Assembly: GCA_964016885.1 (NCBI GenBank)
Contig: OZ024742.1
Coordinates: forward strand, 364,932,001 to 364,996,000
DNA from: Eledone cirrhosa
Taxonomy: Eukaryota
Direction: 5' to 3'
Length of the DNA stretch: 64,000 bases
Position numbers and translations under genes: made by a program. Below are positions 38,264-52,143 of the stretch, one piece after another. How positions within the stretch are numbered: the stretch's first letter is position 1; every line of letters starts with the position of its first letter. A model generated the notes under the pieces. It saw only the letters and a list, made by a program, of their open reading frames with translations. It had not been told where the DNA came from and made no database searches.

Positions 38264-39134
38264 TGTGTATATATAACGAAAGAGAAAGAGAGTGAGAGAG
38301 GGAGAGAGAGAGTGTGAGAGAGAGAGAGAAATCGTTTGCATTCCCACTTGGAGAGCAGTGGGCTTCTCAACCATATTTAAATGCTCATAAGACATCATGT
38401 AAGAGGACGAGATCCTAGAGACTCCATCAGTAGTTGAGTGCCGAGGAATGTATTGAGTAATGGCTACCCTTAACTACATAGAAGTGAAGTAGAATAGAGT
38501 GTAATAAATCACGTCTACTCGTTAATAATGGCAGTCAAATCAATCGGTTATAACGTTCAAAAGCACCTTACAGCAGACTGTCAATTAAATTACCATTACT
38601 TGTACTATTCACTCACTAATTGTTTTACTGTTGATCAGTATATAATCGATATCGGCCTTCCTATGCCTTGTTATCATGAATAATATTGAATGTTATATAT
38701 ATATATACAATACAATAGAAAGTATTTTATGCAGAAATTGATAATGAAAATCATTATGTTGAAGCATATCTGTTTTACTTCCATTCCATACTGCTCTGAA
38801 TATGACCCTCTTCTTGGACAGTCCAACTACTAGATGTCTATGAAAGCGAGAATACTACGCCCCATCAAATAGGACAATGTGAGAGTGTGTGGGCAGAAGA
38901 ATGTGGCCTTTCAAGGGTGCAATGATAATGAAGACCACAAATGAAGCTAGTACTCGATGAATTATGAGAAGCGGATGTGGTAGTGTGAAGACGTAGAAAC
39001 TATATAATTATAGATAAACAAACACACAATTTCGATATTCAACCTTTAATTCTGGGTTGACTTCGTGGAGGTAATGCACCATAACATCCAAACTTCTGCA
39101 GCAATTAGAATTAAAATAGTCTAGTGAGTCTCGG

Positions 39135-42100
39135 AAGAACAGGAGATTGCAGTCAACAGGTAAATTACGTTGGTACCAACCTTTACACTAGAGAAGAAGA
39201 GATTGTAGTCAACAGGTAAATTACATTGGTACCAACCTTTACACTAGAGAAGAAGAGATTGTAGTCAACAGGTAAATTACATTGGTACCAACCTTTACAC
39301 TAGAGAAGAAGAGATTGTAGTCAACAGGTAAATTACATTGGTACCAGCCTTTACACTAGAGAAGAAGAGATTGTAGTCAACAGGTAAATTACATTGGTAC
39401 CAGCCTTTACACTAGAGAAGAAGAGATTGTAGTCAACAGGTAAATTACATTGGTACCAACCTTTACACTAGAGAAGAAGAGATTGTAGTCAACAGGTAAA
39501 TTACATTGGTACCAACCTTTACACTAGAGAAGAAGAGATTGTAGTCAACAGGTAAATTACATTGGTACCAACCTTTACACTAGAGAAGAAGAGATTGTAG
39601 TCAACAGGTAAATTACATTGGTACCAACCTTTACACTAGAGAAGAAGAGATTGTAGTCAACAGGTAAATTACATTGGTACCAACCTTTACACTAGAGAAG
39701 AAGAGATTGTAGTCAACAGGTAAATTACATTGGTACCAGCCTTTACACTAGAGAAGAAGAGATTGTAGTCAACAGGTAAATTACATTGGTACCAGCCTTT
39801 ACACTAGAGAAGAAGAGATTGTAGTCAACAGGTAAATTACATTGGTACCAACCTTTACACTAGAGAAGAAGAGATTGTAGTCAACAGGTAAATTACATTG
39901 GTACCAACCTTTACACTAGAGAAGAAGAGATTGTAGTCAACAGGTAAATTACATTGGTACCAACCTTTACACTAGAGAAGAAGAGATTGTAGTCAACAGG
40001 TAAATTACATTGGTACCAACCTTTACACTAGAGAAGAAGAGATTGTAGTCAACAGGTAAATTACATTGGTACCAGCCTTTACACTAGAGAAGAAGAGATT
40101 GTAGTCAACAGGTAAATTACATTGGTACCAGCCTTTACACTAGAGAAGAAGAGATTGTAGTCAACAGGTAAATTACATTGGTTCCAACCTTTACACTAGA
40201 GAAGAGATTGTAGTCAACACGTAAATTACATTGCTACCAACCTTTACACTAGAGCAGAAGAGATTGTAGACAACAGGTAAATTACATTGCTACCAACCTT
40301 TACACTAGAGAAGAAGAGATTGTAGTCAACAGGTAAATTACATTGGTACCAACCTTTACACTAGAGAAGAAGAGATTGTAGTCAACAATTAAATTACATT
40401 GGTACCAACCTTTACACTAGAGAAGAAGAGATTGTAGTCAACAGGTAAATTATATTGGTACCAACCTTTACACTAAAGAAGAAGAGATTGTAGTTAACAG
40501 GTAAATTACATTGGTACCAACCTTTACACTAGAGGAGAAGAGATTGTAGTCAACACTTAAATTACATTGGTACCAACCTTTACATTAGAGAAGAAGAGAT
40601 TGTAGTCAACAGGTAAGTTACATTGGTACCAGCCTTTACACTAGAGAAGAAGAGATTGTAGTCAACAGTTAAATTACATTGGCACCAAACTTTAAACTAG
40701 AGAAGAAGAGATTGTAGTCAACAGGTAAATTACATTGGAACCATACTTTACACTACAGAAGAGATTGTAGTCAACAGGTAAATTACATTGGTACCAACCT
40801 TTACACTAGAGAAGAAGAGATTGTAGTCAACAGTTAAATTACATTGGTACCAAACTTTACACTAGAGAAGAAGAGATTGTAGTCAACAGGTAAATTACAT
40901 TGGTACCAACCTTTACACTAGAGAAGAGATTGTAGTCAACAGGTAAATTACATTGGTACCAAACTTTACACTAGAGAATAAAGAGATTGTAGTCAACAGG
41001 TAAATTACATTGGTACCAAACTTTACACTAGAGAAGAAGAGATTGTAGTCAACAGGTAAATTACATTGGTACCAACCTTTACACTAGAGGAGAAGAGATT
41101 GTAGTCAACACTTAAATTACATTGGTACCAACCTTTACACTAGAGAAGAGATTGTAGTCAACAGGTAAATTACATTGCTACCAACCATTACACTAGAGAA
41201 GAAGAGATTGTAATCAACAGGTAAATTACATTGGTACCAACCTTTACACTAGAGAAGAAGAGATTGTAGTCAACAGGTAAATTACATTGGTACCAACCTT
41301 TACACTAGAGAAGAAGAGATTGTAGTCAACAGGTAACTTACATTGGTACCAACCTTTACACTAGAGAAGAAGAGATTGTAGTCAACAGGTAAATTACATT
41401 GGTACCAACCTTTACACTAGAGAAGAAGAAATTGTAGTTAACAGGTAAATTACATTGGTACCAACCTTTACACTAGAGGAGAAGAGATTGTAGTCAACAC
41501 TTAAATTACATTGGTACCAAACTTTACACTAGAGAAGAAGAGATTGTAGTCAACAGGTAAATTACATTGGTACCAGCCTTTACACTAGAGAAGAAGAGAT
41601 TGTAATCAACAGGTAAATTACATTGGTTCCAACCTTTACACTAGAGAAGAGATTGTAGTCAACACGTAAATTACATTGCTACCAACCTTTACACTAGAGA
41701 AGAAGAGATTGTAGTCAACAGGTAACTTACATTGGTACCAACCTTTACACTAGAGAAGAAGAGATTGTAGTCAACAATTAAATTACATTGGTACCAACCT
41801 TTACACTAGAGAAGAAGAGATTGTAGTCAACAGGTAAATTACATTGGTACCAACCTTTACACTAGAGAAGAAGAGATTGTAGTCAACAGTTAAATTACAT
41901 TGGTACCAAACTTTATACTAGAGAAGACGAGGTTGTAGTCAACAGGTAAATTACATTGGTACCAACCTTTACACTAGAGAAGAAGAGATTGTAGTCAACA
42001 GGTAAATTACATTGGTACCAACCTTTACACTACAAAAGAAGAGATTGTAGTCAACAGGTAAATTACATTGGTACCAACCTTTACACTAGAGAAGAAGAGA

Positions 42101-44825
42101 TTGTAGTCAACAGGTAAATTACATTGCTGCCAACCTTTACACTAGAGAAGAAGAGATTGTAGTCAACAGGTAACTTACATTGGTACCAACCTTTACACTA
42201 GAGAAGAAGAGATTGTAGTCAACAGTTAAATTACATTGGTACCAAACTTTATACTAGAGAAGAAGAGGTTGTAGTCAACAGGTAAATTACATTTGTACCA
42301 ACCTTTACACTAGAGAAGAAGAGATTGTAGTCAACAGTTAAATTACATTGGTACCAAACTTTATACTAGAGAAGAAGAGGTTGTAGTCAACAGGTAAATT
42401 ACATTGGTACCAACCTTTACACTAGAGAAGAAGAGATTGTAGTCAACAAGTAAATTACATTGGTACCAAACTTTACACTAGAGAAAAAGAGATTGTAGTC
42501 AACAGGTAAATTATATTGGTACCAGCCTTTACAGTAGTGTAGAAGAGATTGTAGTCAACAGGTAAATTACATTGGTACCAAACTTTACACTAGAGAATAA
42601 AGAGATTGTAGTCAACAGGTAAATTACATTGGTACCAAACTTTACACTAGAGAAGAAGAGATTGTAGTCAACAGGTAAATTACATTGGTACCAACCTTTA
42701 CACTAGAGGAGAAGAGATTGTAGTCAACACTTAAATTACATTGGTACCAACCTTTACACTAGAGAAGAGATTGTAGTCAACAGGTAAATTACATTGCTAC
42801 CAACCATTACACTAGAGAAGAAGAGATTGTAATCAACAGGTAAATTACATTGGTACCAACCTTTACACTAGAGAAGAAGAGATTGTAGTCAACAGGTAAA
42901 TTACATTGGTACCAACCTTTACACTAGAGAAGAAGAGATTGTAGTCAACAGGTAACTTACATTGGTACCAACCTTTACACTAGAGAAGAAGAGATTGTAG
43001 TCAACAGGTAAATTACATTGGTACCAACCTTTACACTAGAGAAGAAGAAATTGTAGTTAACAGGTAAATTACATTGGTACCAACCTTTACACTAGAGGAG
43101 AAGAGATTGTAGTCAACACTTAAATTACATTGGTACCAAACTTTACACTAGAGAAGAAGAGATTGTAGTCAACAGGTAAATTACATTGGTACCAGCCTTT
43201 ACACTAGAGAAGAAGAGATTGTAATCAACAGGTAAATTACATTGGTTCCAACCTTTACACTAGAGAAGAGATTGTAGTCAACACGTAAATTACATTGCTA
43301 CCAACCTTTACACTAGAGAAGAAGAGATTGTAGTCAACAGGTAACTTACATTGGTACCAACCTTTACACTAGAGAAGAAGAGATTGTAGTCAACAATTAA
43401 ATTACATTGGTACCAACCTTTACACTAGAGAAGAAGAGATTGTAGTCAACAGGTAAATTACATTGGTACCAACCTTTACACTAGAGAAGAAGAGATTGTA
43501 GTCAACAGTTAAATTACATTGGTACCAAACTTTATACTAGAGAAGACGAGGTTGTAGTCAACAGGTAAATTACATTGGTACCAACCTTTACACTAGAGAA
43601 GAAGAGATTGTAGTCAACAGGTAAATTACATTGGTACCAACCTTTACACTACAAAAGAAGAGATTGTAGTCAACAGGTAAATTACATTGGTACCAACCTT
43701 TACACTAGAGAAGAAGAGATTGTAGTCAACAGGTAAATTACATTGCTGCCAACCTTTACACTAGAGAAGAAGAGATTGTAGTCAACAGGTAACTTACATT
43801 GGTACCAACCTTTACACTAGAGAAGAAGAGATTGTAGTCAACAGTTAAATTACATTGGTACCAAACTTTATACTAGAGAAGAAGAGGTTGTAGTCAACAG
43901 GTAAATTACATTTGTACCAACCTTTACACTAGAGAAGAAGAGATTGTAGTCAACAGTTAAATTACATTGGTACCAAACTTTATACTAGAGAAGAAGAGGT
44001 TGTAGTCAACAGGTAAATTACATTGGTACCAACCTTTACACTAGAGAAGAAGAGATTGTAGTCAACAAGTAAATTACATTGGTACCAAACTTTACACTAG
44101 AGAAAAAGAGATTGTAGTCAACAGGTAAATTATATTGGTACCAGCCTTTACAGTAGTGTAGAAGAGATTGTAGTCAACAGGTAAATTACATTGGTACCAT
44201 ACTTTACACTAGAGAAGAAGAGATTGTAGTCAACAGGTAAATTACAATGGTACCACCCTTTACACTAGAGAAGAAGGGATTGTAGTCAACCGTTAAATTA
44301 CATAGGTACCAGCCTTTACACTAGAGAAGAAGAGATTGTAGTCAACAGGTAAATTACATTGGTACCAGCCTTTACAGTAGTGAAGAAGAGATTGTAGTCA
44401 ACAGGTAAATTACATTGGTACCAGCCTTTACACTAGAGAAGAAGAGATTGTAGTCAACAGGTAAATTACATTGGTACCAACCTTTACACTAGAGAAGAAG
44501 AGATTGTAGGCAACAGGTAAATTACATTTGTACCAACCTTTACACTAGAGAAGAAGAGATTGTAGTCAACAGGTAAATTACATTGGTACCAACCTCTACA
44601 CTAGAGAAGAAGAGATTGTAGTCAACAGGTAAATTACATTGGTACCAGCCTTTACAGTAGAGAAGAAGAGATTATAGTCAACAGGTAAATTACATTGGTA
44701 CCAACCTTTACACTAGAGAAGAAGAGATTGTAGTCAACAGGTAAATTACATTGGTACCAGCCTTTACAGTAGAGAAGAAGAGATTATAGTCAACAGGTAA
44801 ATTACATTGGTTTCTGCTTTACACT
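39135..44825 (+). repeat. 56-bp tandem satellite, about 100 copies
   Basis: Unit is gagaagaagagattgtagtcaacaggtaaattacattggtaccaacctttacacta. There are no unique spacers. Confidence 0.98.
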
Positions 44826-45328
44826 CAAAGAAAATACGTTAAACGAGACGAGAAAATCTAAAAATAAGATCCCAGACGTTTGGAGGAAGCACACACACAA
44901 GAAAAGTAATGGTTTCAGATTTATGCACAAGGCCAGCAATTTTAGTGGCGGGGGGTGGGGGCATTAAATCAACGCCAGTGCATTACTGATGCTTTATTTT
45001 ATAGATGCCGGAAGAATGAAAGGCGAAGCTAACCTTGGCGGGATTCGAACTCAGAACGTAAAGGTCCGTAAACACAAAACAAAAATAATCAATATATATA
45101 TAATGAAACATTTGATTAATAAATCGAAGCAGTGTTTTTTCTTAAATCAGACAACACAGATTATATAGTTCTGATTGTAAAGTTAGTCTGCATCAGTCAA
45201 AAAAATATGTGATACAAATGAAACGACTGAGATGCTGGCCAAGACGTCAGAATTGATATAATCCACGTCAACCTCAGAAGATTTCATCACAATTTCCGTC
45301 CTCTTCTCGCTCTCTGTCTCTCTCTCTC

Positions 45329-45483
<155 letters not shown>

Positions 45484-45585
45484 GTATTGAAGTTTCCGTT
45501 GAAAATTGAAAAAGTCATAGGAGTGAAGAGTGCTCTATGTAAGTACCAGAGCTAAATTTAATGTATAATAAACAATACAATATAA

Positions 45586-45659
45586 TTACCCCATTACCAG
45601 AGGTTTCCCGAATAAGACGAATACGAAAAACGTACTCATTCGTTCATCGGATAAGGCAA
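45586..45659 (-). ncRNA. Type I hammerhead motif (CCGAUGA core variant)
   Basis: Reverse complement reads ttgccttat-CCGATGA-acgaatgag...cttattcgg-GAAAC ctctg GTA-atggggtaa. Stem I is 9 bp including wobbles. Confidence 0.75.
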
Positions 45660-47365
45660 TTTAAAACATAGTGAAATATTTGAAAAATCTCCTCAAGAAA
45701 GGTTAGAATTTAACTGGCAAAAAATATATAAATAAAAGTAATGCAAGAGACATATAAAAACATAAGGAAATATAGTTAGTGTATGTGTATATGTATGTAT
45801 ATACACTCACAAATGTACATATGTGTGTATGTACAAATGCATGTGTATGGTGAAAATGTGTGCGTAAGTACATATATGAGGGCAAGTATATTTGTGTATA
45901 TGTGACCACAAATACGTATATAATATGAGTTGAAAAAGAAATTGTAAGATAATATAGTTAACACGCATCCAGATACAGGTATTAAATACACATACGAGTA
46001 TGAAAGCACGCGTATAAACACACACACACGCGCGGTCACTTATATGCGGAAGATAAAGAGCGAAGGGAGTGTAATAGTAAAGAGAAGTGGCATTCTCGAT
46101 ATATGTATAAAAATGAAACAAAATATGAGAATAAAAAAATGTTTAAATCAAAGAGAAAGTAATCAATTAACACTAGAGAAAAGAAAACAAACATAGGTAC
46201 GCACGTACACACACATATATATATATAAATATTTATACACTCAAATACGTACAGACAAAAGCGCATGCATGCGTACATACATACACACGACTCACGTATA
46301 TATATATATATATATCGCCACATGTATATCTAATCACACGTACGTACGCGACTATATATATTTACATATATACATACACACCCATACATACGTATACATA
46401 TACACACATATACATACACATACACATACATTCACCCACATACACACACACGTATAAATAAGTATGTAAAAAACATAGATATAAAAACACACATACACAC
46501 ACACATATATATATACGTACGCACGCACACATACGGAGGCGTTCGTATACATATACAGAACGTATACACACATATGCACACTCACACGCATAGATACAGA
46601 TTATAAACCACCCGTATGAATAAATGAGTACAAATATAAAATCGGCTGCGAAACAACAGAATATATCTGGAGTGGAAAACGCAAGTGACATTTAATATCA
46701 GGTAGTGAAAGAAAATGGTGAAGTAAAATGTGAAATGTGCAGATATTAGGTAAGTGAATCGAAAAGTAGGAGGGAGGTTTACTGGTGGATGTGAAGTAAA
46801 AATAAAAATGAAGTTAAAAATGAAAGTAAATCAGAAAGAGAAGTCTGTAAAGAGGATAATTTAAGGCAAGGCAAGTGAAGAACAATTTTTTTCATTCTCA
46901 TATATTGTTTCATTTTTATACATATATCGAGAATGACACTTCTTTTTACTATTACACTCCCTTCCTTCTTTATCTTCCGCATATAAGTGACCGCGCGTAT
47001 GTGTGTGTTTATACGCGTGCTTTCATACTCGTATGTGTATTTAATACCTGCATCTGGATGCGTGTTAACTATATTATCCTACAATTTCTTTTTCAACTCA
47101 CATTATATACGTATTTGTGGTCACATATGCACAAATATACTTGCCCTCATATATGTACTTACACACACATTTTCACCATACACGTGCATTTGTACATACA
47201 CACATATGTACATTTGGGAGTGTATATACATACATATACACAAACCCTAACTATATTTCTTTATTTTTTATATATCTCTTGCATTACTTTTATTTATATA
47301 TTTTTTCCCCATTAAACTCTTGCATTTCTTGAGGTGATTTTTCAAATATTTCACTATGTTTTAAA

Positions 47366-47439
47366 TTGCCTTGTGCGATGAACAAATGAGGACGTTTTTC
47401 GTATTCGTCTTATTCGGGAAACCTCTGGTAATGAGGTAA
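47366..47439 (+). ncRNA. Degenerate sister hammerhead motif
   Basis: ttgccttgt-GCGATGA-...-GAAAC ctctg GTA-atgaggtaa. The core is mutated. Confidence 0.6.
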
Positions 47440-47454
47440 TTATATTGTATTGTT

Positions 47455-47549
<95 letters not shown>

Positions 47550-47970
47550 TATATACCTTTCTGATTGACCATTAGTTCCACGAAGAACAAAATGCCTGTT
47601 GAGAAAGTGATTCCTTGTTCGGTCATTATACCGAAAGCTTATTATTTTTTATAAGCAAGCAGTATTATTGATTTAGATATCGCAGAAACCCTATATCGGA
47701 GTATAACATCTTCCCCGAAGATCCGCGTAACTATTTCAATCATATCTTATATTGTTTGACCCGTTTAGCTTGTTCGCTTTTTGGACTTGGATGGTTAATG
47801 GCTTTTTAACCATCGTCTAAGCTTTGTATGACCTTTTTAACTTATGTTTATAGATCTGGTATCTGCATATCCATAGAGCGCTTGTCAACTCAATTCGGAA
47901 TTTGCGTTTCGCTAATTTCTACCCGCCGAAATGCGATTCTCACTAAATTTATATATATATATATATATAT

Positions 47971-48813
47971 AAACAATTAAGTTAAAGATGTACATCCATA
48001 TATGTATACTGAAATACTAGTATGTATATGAATACACACACGTATACATATGTAGATGTACCAAGTTTTTTTTTCACTGGTCACTTTACCTCAAAAACCA
48101 GTATGACTCTAAAAACCGGTTTGTCTGTGTGTTTACATACAGAATAGCTGGCCACTCACAGTAAAGTGACCAGTGAAAAAAAAAACTTGGTACATCTACA
48201 TATGTATACGTGTGTGTATTCATATACATACTAGTATTTCAGTATACATATATGGATGTACATCTTTAACTTAATTGTTTAAGCGTCAGTCATACAAAAG
48301 TGAGTTACAAACGAAACGAAATTTAATTTCGTTTCGTTATTTGTTTTTATCGTCTCCGTTGAACCGGTACTTACTCACACTCTATGCAAATTAGTCTGCC
48401 AACTACTAATTTTCATAGAAAAAGCATATAACGATATGTGCTTTTACGATTCTCTAGAGAGGCCGGAAGATAGGTAAATATTGCTGATGAGTTGTAACAA
48501 CAACGAAACTAGTTCCATATTCCTTGTCTGGCTTTCTGGAGAATAGAGGAAAGGTGTTTCCTCAAAAACGAGTATGACTCTAAAAACCGGTTTGTCTGTG
48601 TGTTTACATACAGAATAGCTGGCCACTCACAGTAAAGTGACCAGTGAAAAAAAAACTTGGTACATCTACATATGTATACGTGTGTGTATTCATATACATA
48701 CTAGTATTTCAGTATACATATATGGATGTACATCATTAACTTAATTGTTTAAGCGTCAGTCATACAAAAGTGAGTTACAAACGAAACGAAATTTAATTTC
48801 GTTTCGTTATTTG

Positions 48814-48820
<7 letters not shown>
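47971..48820 (+). mobile_element. Retrozyme-like element: inverted arm plus ~1.6 tandem copies of a 451-bp monomer
   Basis: 48110-48350 recurs at 48561-48820, 47971-48108 is the reverse complement of 48162-48280, a hammerhead lies between the direct repeats, and both flanks are (TA)n. Confidence 0.85.
48477..48521 (+). ncRNA. Minimal type I hammerhead ribozyme motif
   Basis: aatattg-CTGATGA-gttg taacaa caac-GAAAC ta GTT-ccatatt. Stem III is the palindrome AACTAGTT. Confidence 0.85.
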
Positions 48821-48886
<66 letters not shown>

Positions 48887-49309
48887 ATGTTTAACATGTT
48901 CCTATTACCCACTCTACTACCCTAAGTATTGAGTACGCATGTGCGTTATATATATATATATTACACAGACATACACTTAGAGAGAAAGCGAGGAAAGAGA
49001 GAGTAATTTAATTATATATTCTCTCAAATTTGAAGTTAACTATAAACGTCATATATAGGAAGGCCATAAAATCTGCAAAGATGTATTAATTTCATGCCTA
49101 AGTGATTAGTAATAAAGGAAGCAGTTGTTACAATTAATTTAGATTTGGATATCTTAAAATATTCATGTGAAAATTATATAAAATATAATGTCAGTGTGGA
49201 TAGCCTACTGTGTCATCGGAGAATATATTTTATATATAAACCCACAGGCACACACACACACTCATATATATATATATATATGATGAAATCACTCTCTCCC
49301 TCCCTCCCA

Positions 49310-49341
<32 letters not shown>

Positions 49342-49351
49342 ATATATATAT

Positions 49352-49384
<33 letters not shown>

Positions 49385-49415
49385 TATATAGTGATTAGAG
49401 CATTAGGCTTGCAAT

Positions 49416-49805
49416 GAAGGCGCGTGGCTCAGTGGTTAGATCATTAGGCTTGCAATCGAAACGTTGTGAGTTCAATTCTCAGACCGGGTGGTGTGTTGTT
49501 TCCTTGAGCAAGACACTTTATTTCACATTGCTCCCGTTTACTCAGCTGTAGAAATGAGATGATAGGACTGGGGTCCATATCATTCCACTGCAAAGTGGTC
49601 GTGGAGGTGCCACGGAAAAAAACACCCAGCACTCACTGTAAATGAGGTTGGGGTTAGGAAGGGCATCCAGCTGTAGAAATCAAGCCAGAATCAGTTCCTG
49701 TATGAGCAAGACATGGTCAGCCGACCGGACACTGCCCACAACAGGACTACCCGTCTAACCCATGCTAGCGTGGAAGAACGGACGTAAAACGGTGATGATG
49801 ATGAT
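49416..49805 (+). mobile_element. tRNA-derived SINE, full length
   Basis: A-box tggctcagtgg, B-box gagttcaattc, core tccttgagcaagacacttt, and a 3' part ggggttaggaagggcatccagc..acccatgctagc ending in (GAT)n. Confidence 0.85.
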
Positions 49806-49916
49806 GATATATATATATATATTAAGTGTTTCCGTAGGAAAGGTAAAGGAAAGGAGAGTGCCCTATGTAAGCTACAGAGCTTTTTAGTTAGGTAATAAAC
49901 AACATAAGACAATTAT

Positions 49917-49987
49917 TCCATTTAGCAAAGGTTTCACGAAGACAGACGTGATTGACGCATCCGTCTGAAATCGCTCATCAGAATGAA
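49917..49987 (-). ncRNA. Type I hammerhead motif
   Basis: Reverse complement reads ttcatt-CTGATGA-gcga..agacg/tgtct..tcgt-GAAAC ctttg CTA-aatgga. Confidence 0.7.
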
Positions 49988-50013
49988 TTTTATTTGATGC
50001 GGATGTAAGATAT

Positions 50014-51907
50014 GTTTCTTTTATTTGCCACCAGGGCATCAAAAGTGGGACAAGTAGAATTGGGGGAGTTTACAAAACAAGGCGTCCTCAATAAGGAGGA
50101 GGCAATAACAATATATAAAAATAAAATAAAATATAACAAAAATAAAATTTATAACAAAGTCCTCAATAGAGAGGAGGCGCCTTGGGGGGTCGCACACACC
50201 CCCGAAAAAAGTGTGCAACCCTTCTCCTCAGGAGCACAGAGAAGGAGTGCTCCCTTGGTCTTTCATCTTCCTCACCTATAGTCCGATGTAGAGTGAAGGC
50301 CCATTCACACGGGCCATTCTCGCCACTTTCACCCATCTTTCATAGAAACGGCTGGGGTGCAGCACCTCTCTCTCCATCCTGATCCTTCTTCCGAAATGAT
50401 ATCGGAAGAAACGGACCAGTTGTTGGCCAGAGAGAAAGGTGTCTGACCTCAGTCCTTTCAGACGCGTCCACCATACAACCTCTTTCGCCATGGCTATTAC
50501 GCACAGAAACACCGCCTCTCCTTCGTTTTTGAAGAGGGGAGGCGGCTTGATCTTTACAATAGACTCGGTGGTCAACCGGATTGGTCCCACCCTTGACAGC
50601 AGTTGTTCGACATAGCCCCACAGATCGGCAATGCCCGAGCAGTGTACCAATGCGTGTGCAACGGTTTCCTCGTCGCACACGCATCTGGGACAGATCTTTT
50701 TCGATGGGTCCCTACCCGGGCGCCCGTGTCTGTAGAGCCTTTCTCGAACGGGCAGAGCCCTTCTGTAGCATTGCCAGGCCAGGGACCTCTGGAAGTTATC
50801 CATGGGTCCCGGGCTGAATGTCCTACCGAACAGGTTGGCCAGTTCGTCTTCCTCCATGCCTAGGGCTTCTCCGAGGGCGTCGTCGCACCTGCTAACCACC
50901 AGCCCTCTATAGAATGACGAGGTGGATTCTCCACTGACAGCCGGGTCCGCCTGCCAGAGAGCCGTGAGTGCCTGGGCACACTCGGTGTACCAGGCGCCCT
51001 GTTTTCTCGGTCTTTGCTTGACCCAGGATTGCAGCTCGGTCAGTGAGACGAGTCTGGGAAAGGCTCGCCTCACAAACGGGCCCCACACCGGTTGACCGGA
51101 GAGGAATACCTGAAGGTGCCGTAGCCTTAATGCGTGTTTACGTATCATTAGCCACGGCATCCCCAGCCCTCCTTTCGAAGGGTGTTGACAGCATATGGAT
51201 CTCCTCACCATAGCAGCCCGCTTCTTCCAAAGGAATTGGAAGAGTGCGCGCTCCATTTTGGCGAGCGTTTCCCTTCAGCAAGGCACAACGGTCAGGCGGT
51301 AGTAGATGACGGACGCTATATAAGTTTTCGCCACCTCCGCCCGTCCTTTCAGTGACAGTTTGCACTCGGCCCACTTCTGGGTCAGTGCAAACACCCTGTT
51401 CGTCACCTCACCCCAGTTCTTCTCCACCTGGAGGTCTGGTCCGAACCAGACCCCGAGCAACTTCACCGGGTCCTCCGTCCTGCGCCCGACGACGCCATCG
51501 GAGGGCATCGATCTGCCCCTCCACGTGCCGAGTTGCAGACCGATCGACTTGTCCCGGTTCAGCTTAGCCCCTGTAAACCTTTCGTACTCCTCCAGTAAGG
51601 TGACGATCGCCCCGATTTCTGAGGCCGTCGACACCATTACTGTTACGTCATCGGCGTAGGCTGACACCGCTTTCCGCAATCCCGGTTCCAACGGGATGCC
51701 CTGCAACAACTCCAACTTCCGCAGCAGTGGCTCTAGAGTCATTACATACAGAAGGGAGGAGAGAGGGCACCCCCGTCGGATGGACCGCGCGATTTCGAAC
51801 GGCTCCGAGAGGTAGCCGTTCACCTTGACCCTAGAGCAGATGCGGCTGCTGTGCATGGCATTGATCCAGCCCCTGAAAACGGGTCCGAAGCCTGCCGCCG
51901 CTAGCAC
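50014..51907 (-). mobile_element. L1/Tx1-type LINE, 5'-truncated, with 11-bp target-site duplication
   Basis: RT motifs GCPLS and AYADD, then KGGLG and the CCHC knuckle CPRC..ETVAHALVHC. atgtaagatat occurs at 50003-50013 and 51908-51918. Confidence 0.92.
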
Positions 51908-51999
51908 ATGTAAGATATTGATTTAAAAACAAAGGCTCTTGTTTGCAATTGTTTTAGCCTTTGTTTTTAAATCCATATCTTACATCCACATAAATAAAA

Positions 52000-52073
52000 T
52001 TTCATCCTGATGAGCGATTTCAGACGGCTGCTTCACGCTTGGGCTGTCTTCGTGAAACCTTTGGTAAATGGAA
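52000..52073 (+). ncRNA. Type I hammerhead motif
   Basis: tttcatc-CTGATGA-gcga..agacggc/gctgtct..tcgt-GAAAC ctttg GTA-aatggaa. Confidence 0.78.
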
Positions 52074-52098
52074 TAATTGTCTCATGTTGTTTATTACT

Positions 52099-52143
<45 letters not shown>

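Larger units (their letters stand above)
45485..47461. mobile_element. Large fold-back hammerhead element
   Basis: Arms of ~575 bp at 45564-46140 and 46885-47461 each contain a hammerhead-like motif. The tail is at 45485-45563 and both flanks are (TA)n. Confidence 0.85.
49822..52102. mobile_element. Fold-back hammerhead element interrupted by an L1/Tx1 insertion
   Basis: The left arm (49886-50013 plus 51919-51937) is the reverse complement of 51957-52102. Each arm has a hammerhead. Confidence 0.85.

Noticed and set aside
39135-44825. Possible CRISPR array or repeat-protein ORF
   Set aside because: The units are contiguous near-identical 56-mers with no unique spacers, there are no cas genes, the context is eukaryotic and there is no long ORF.
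45564-47461. Fold-backs as MITEs or DNA transposons with TIRs
   Set aside because: They have an asymmetric one-sided tail, variable arm lengths, embedded hammerheads and a Penelope fragment with the same layout. This is not fully excluded, because a TA target duplication would be hidden in (TA)n.
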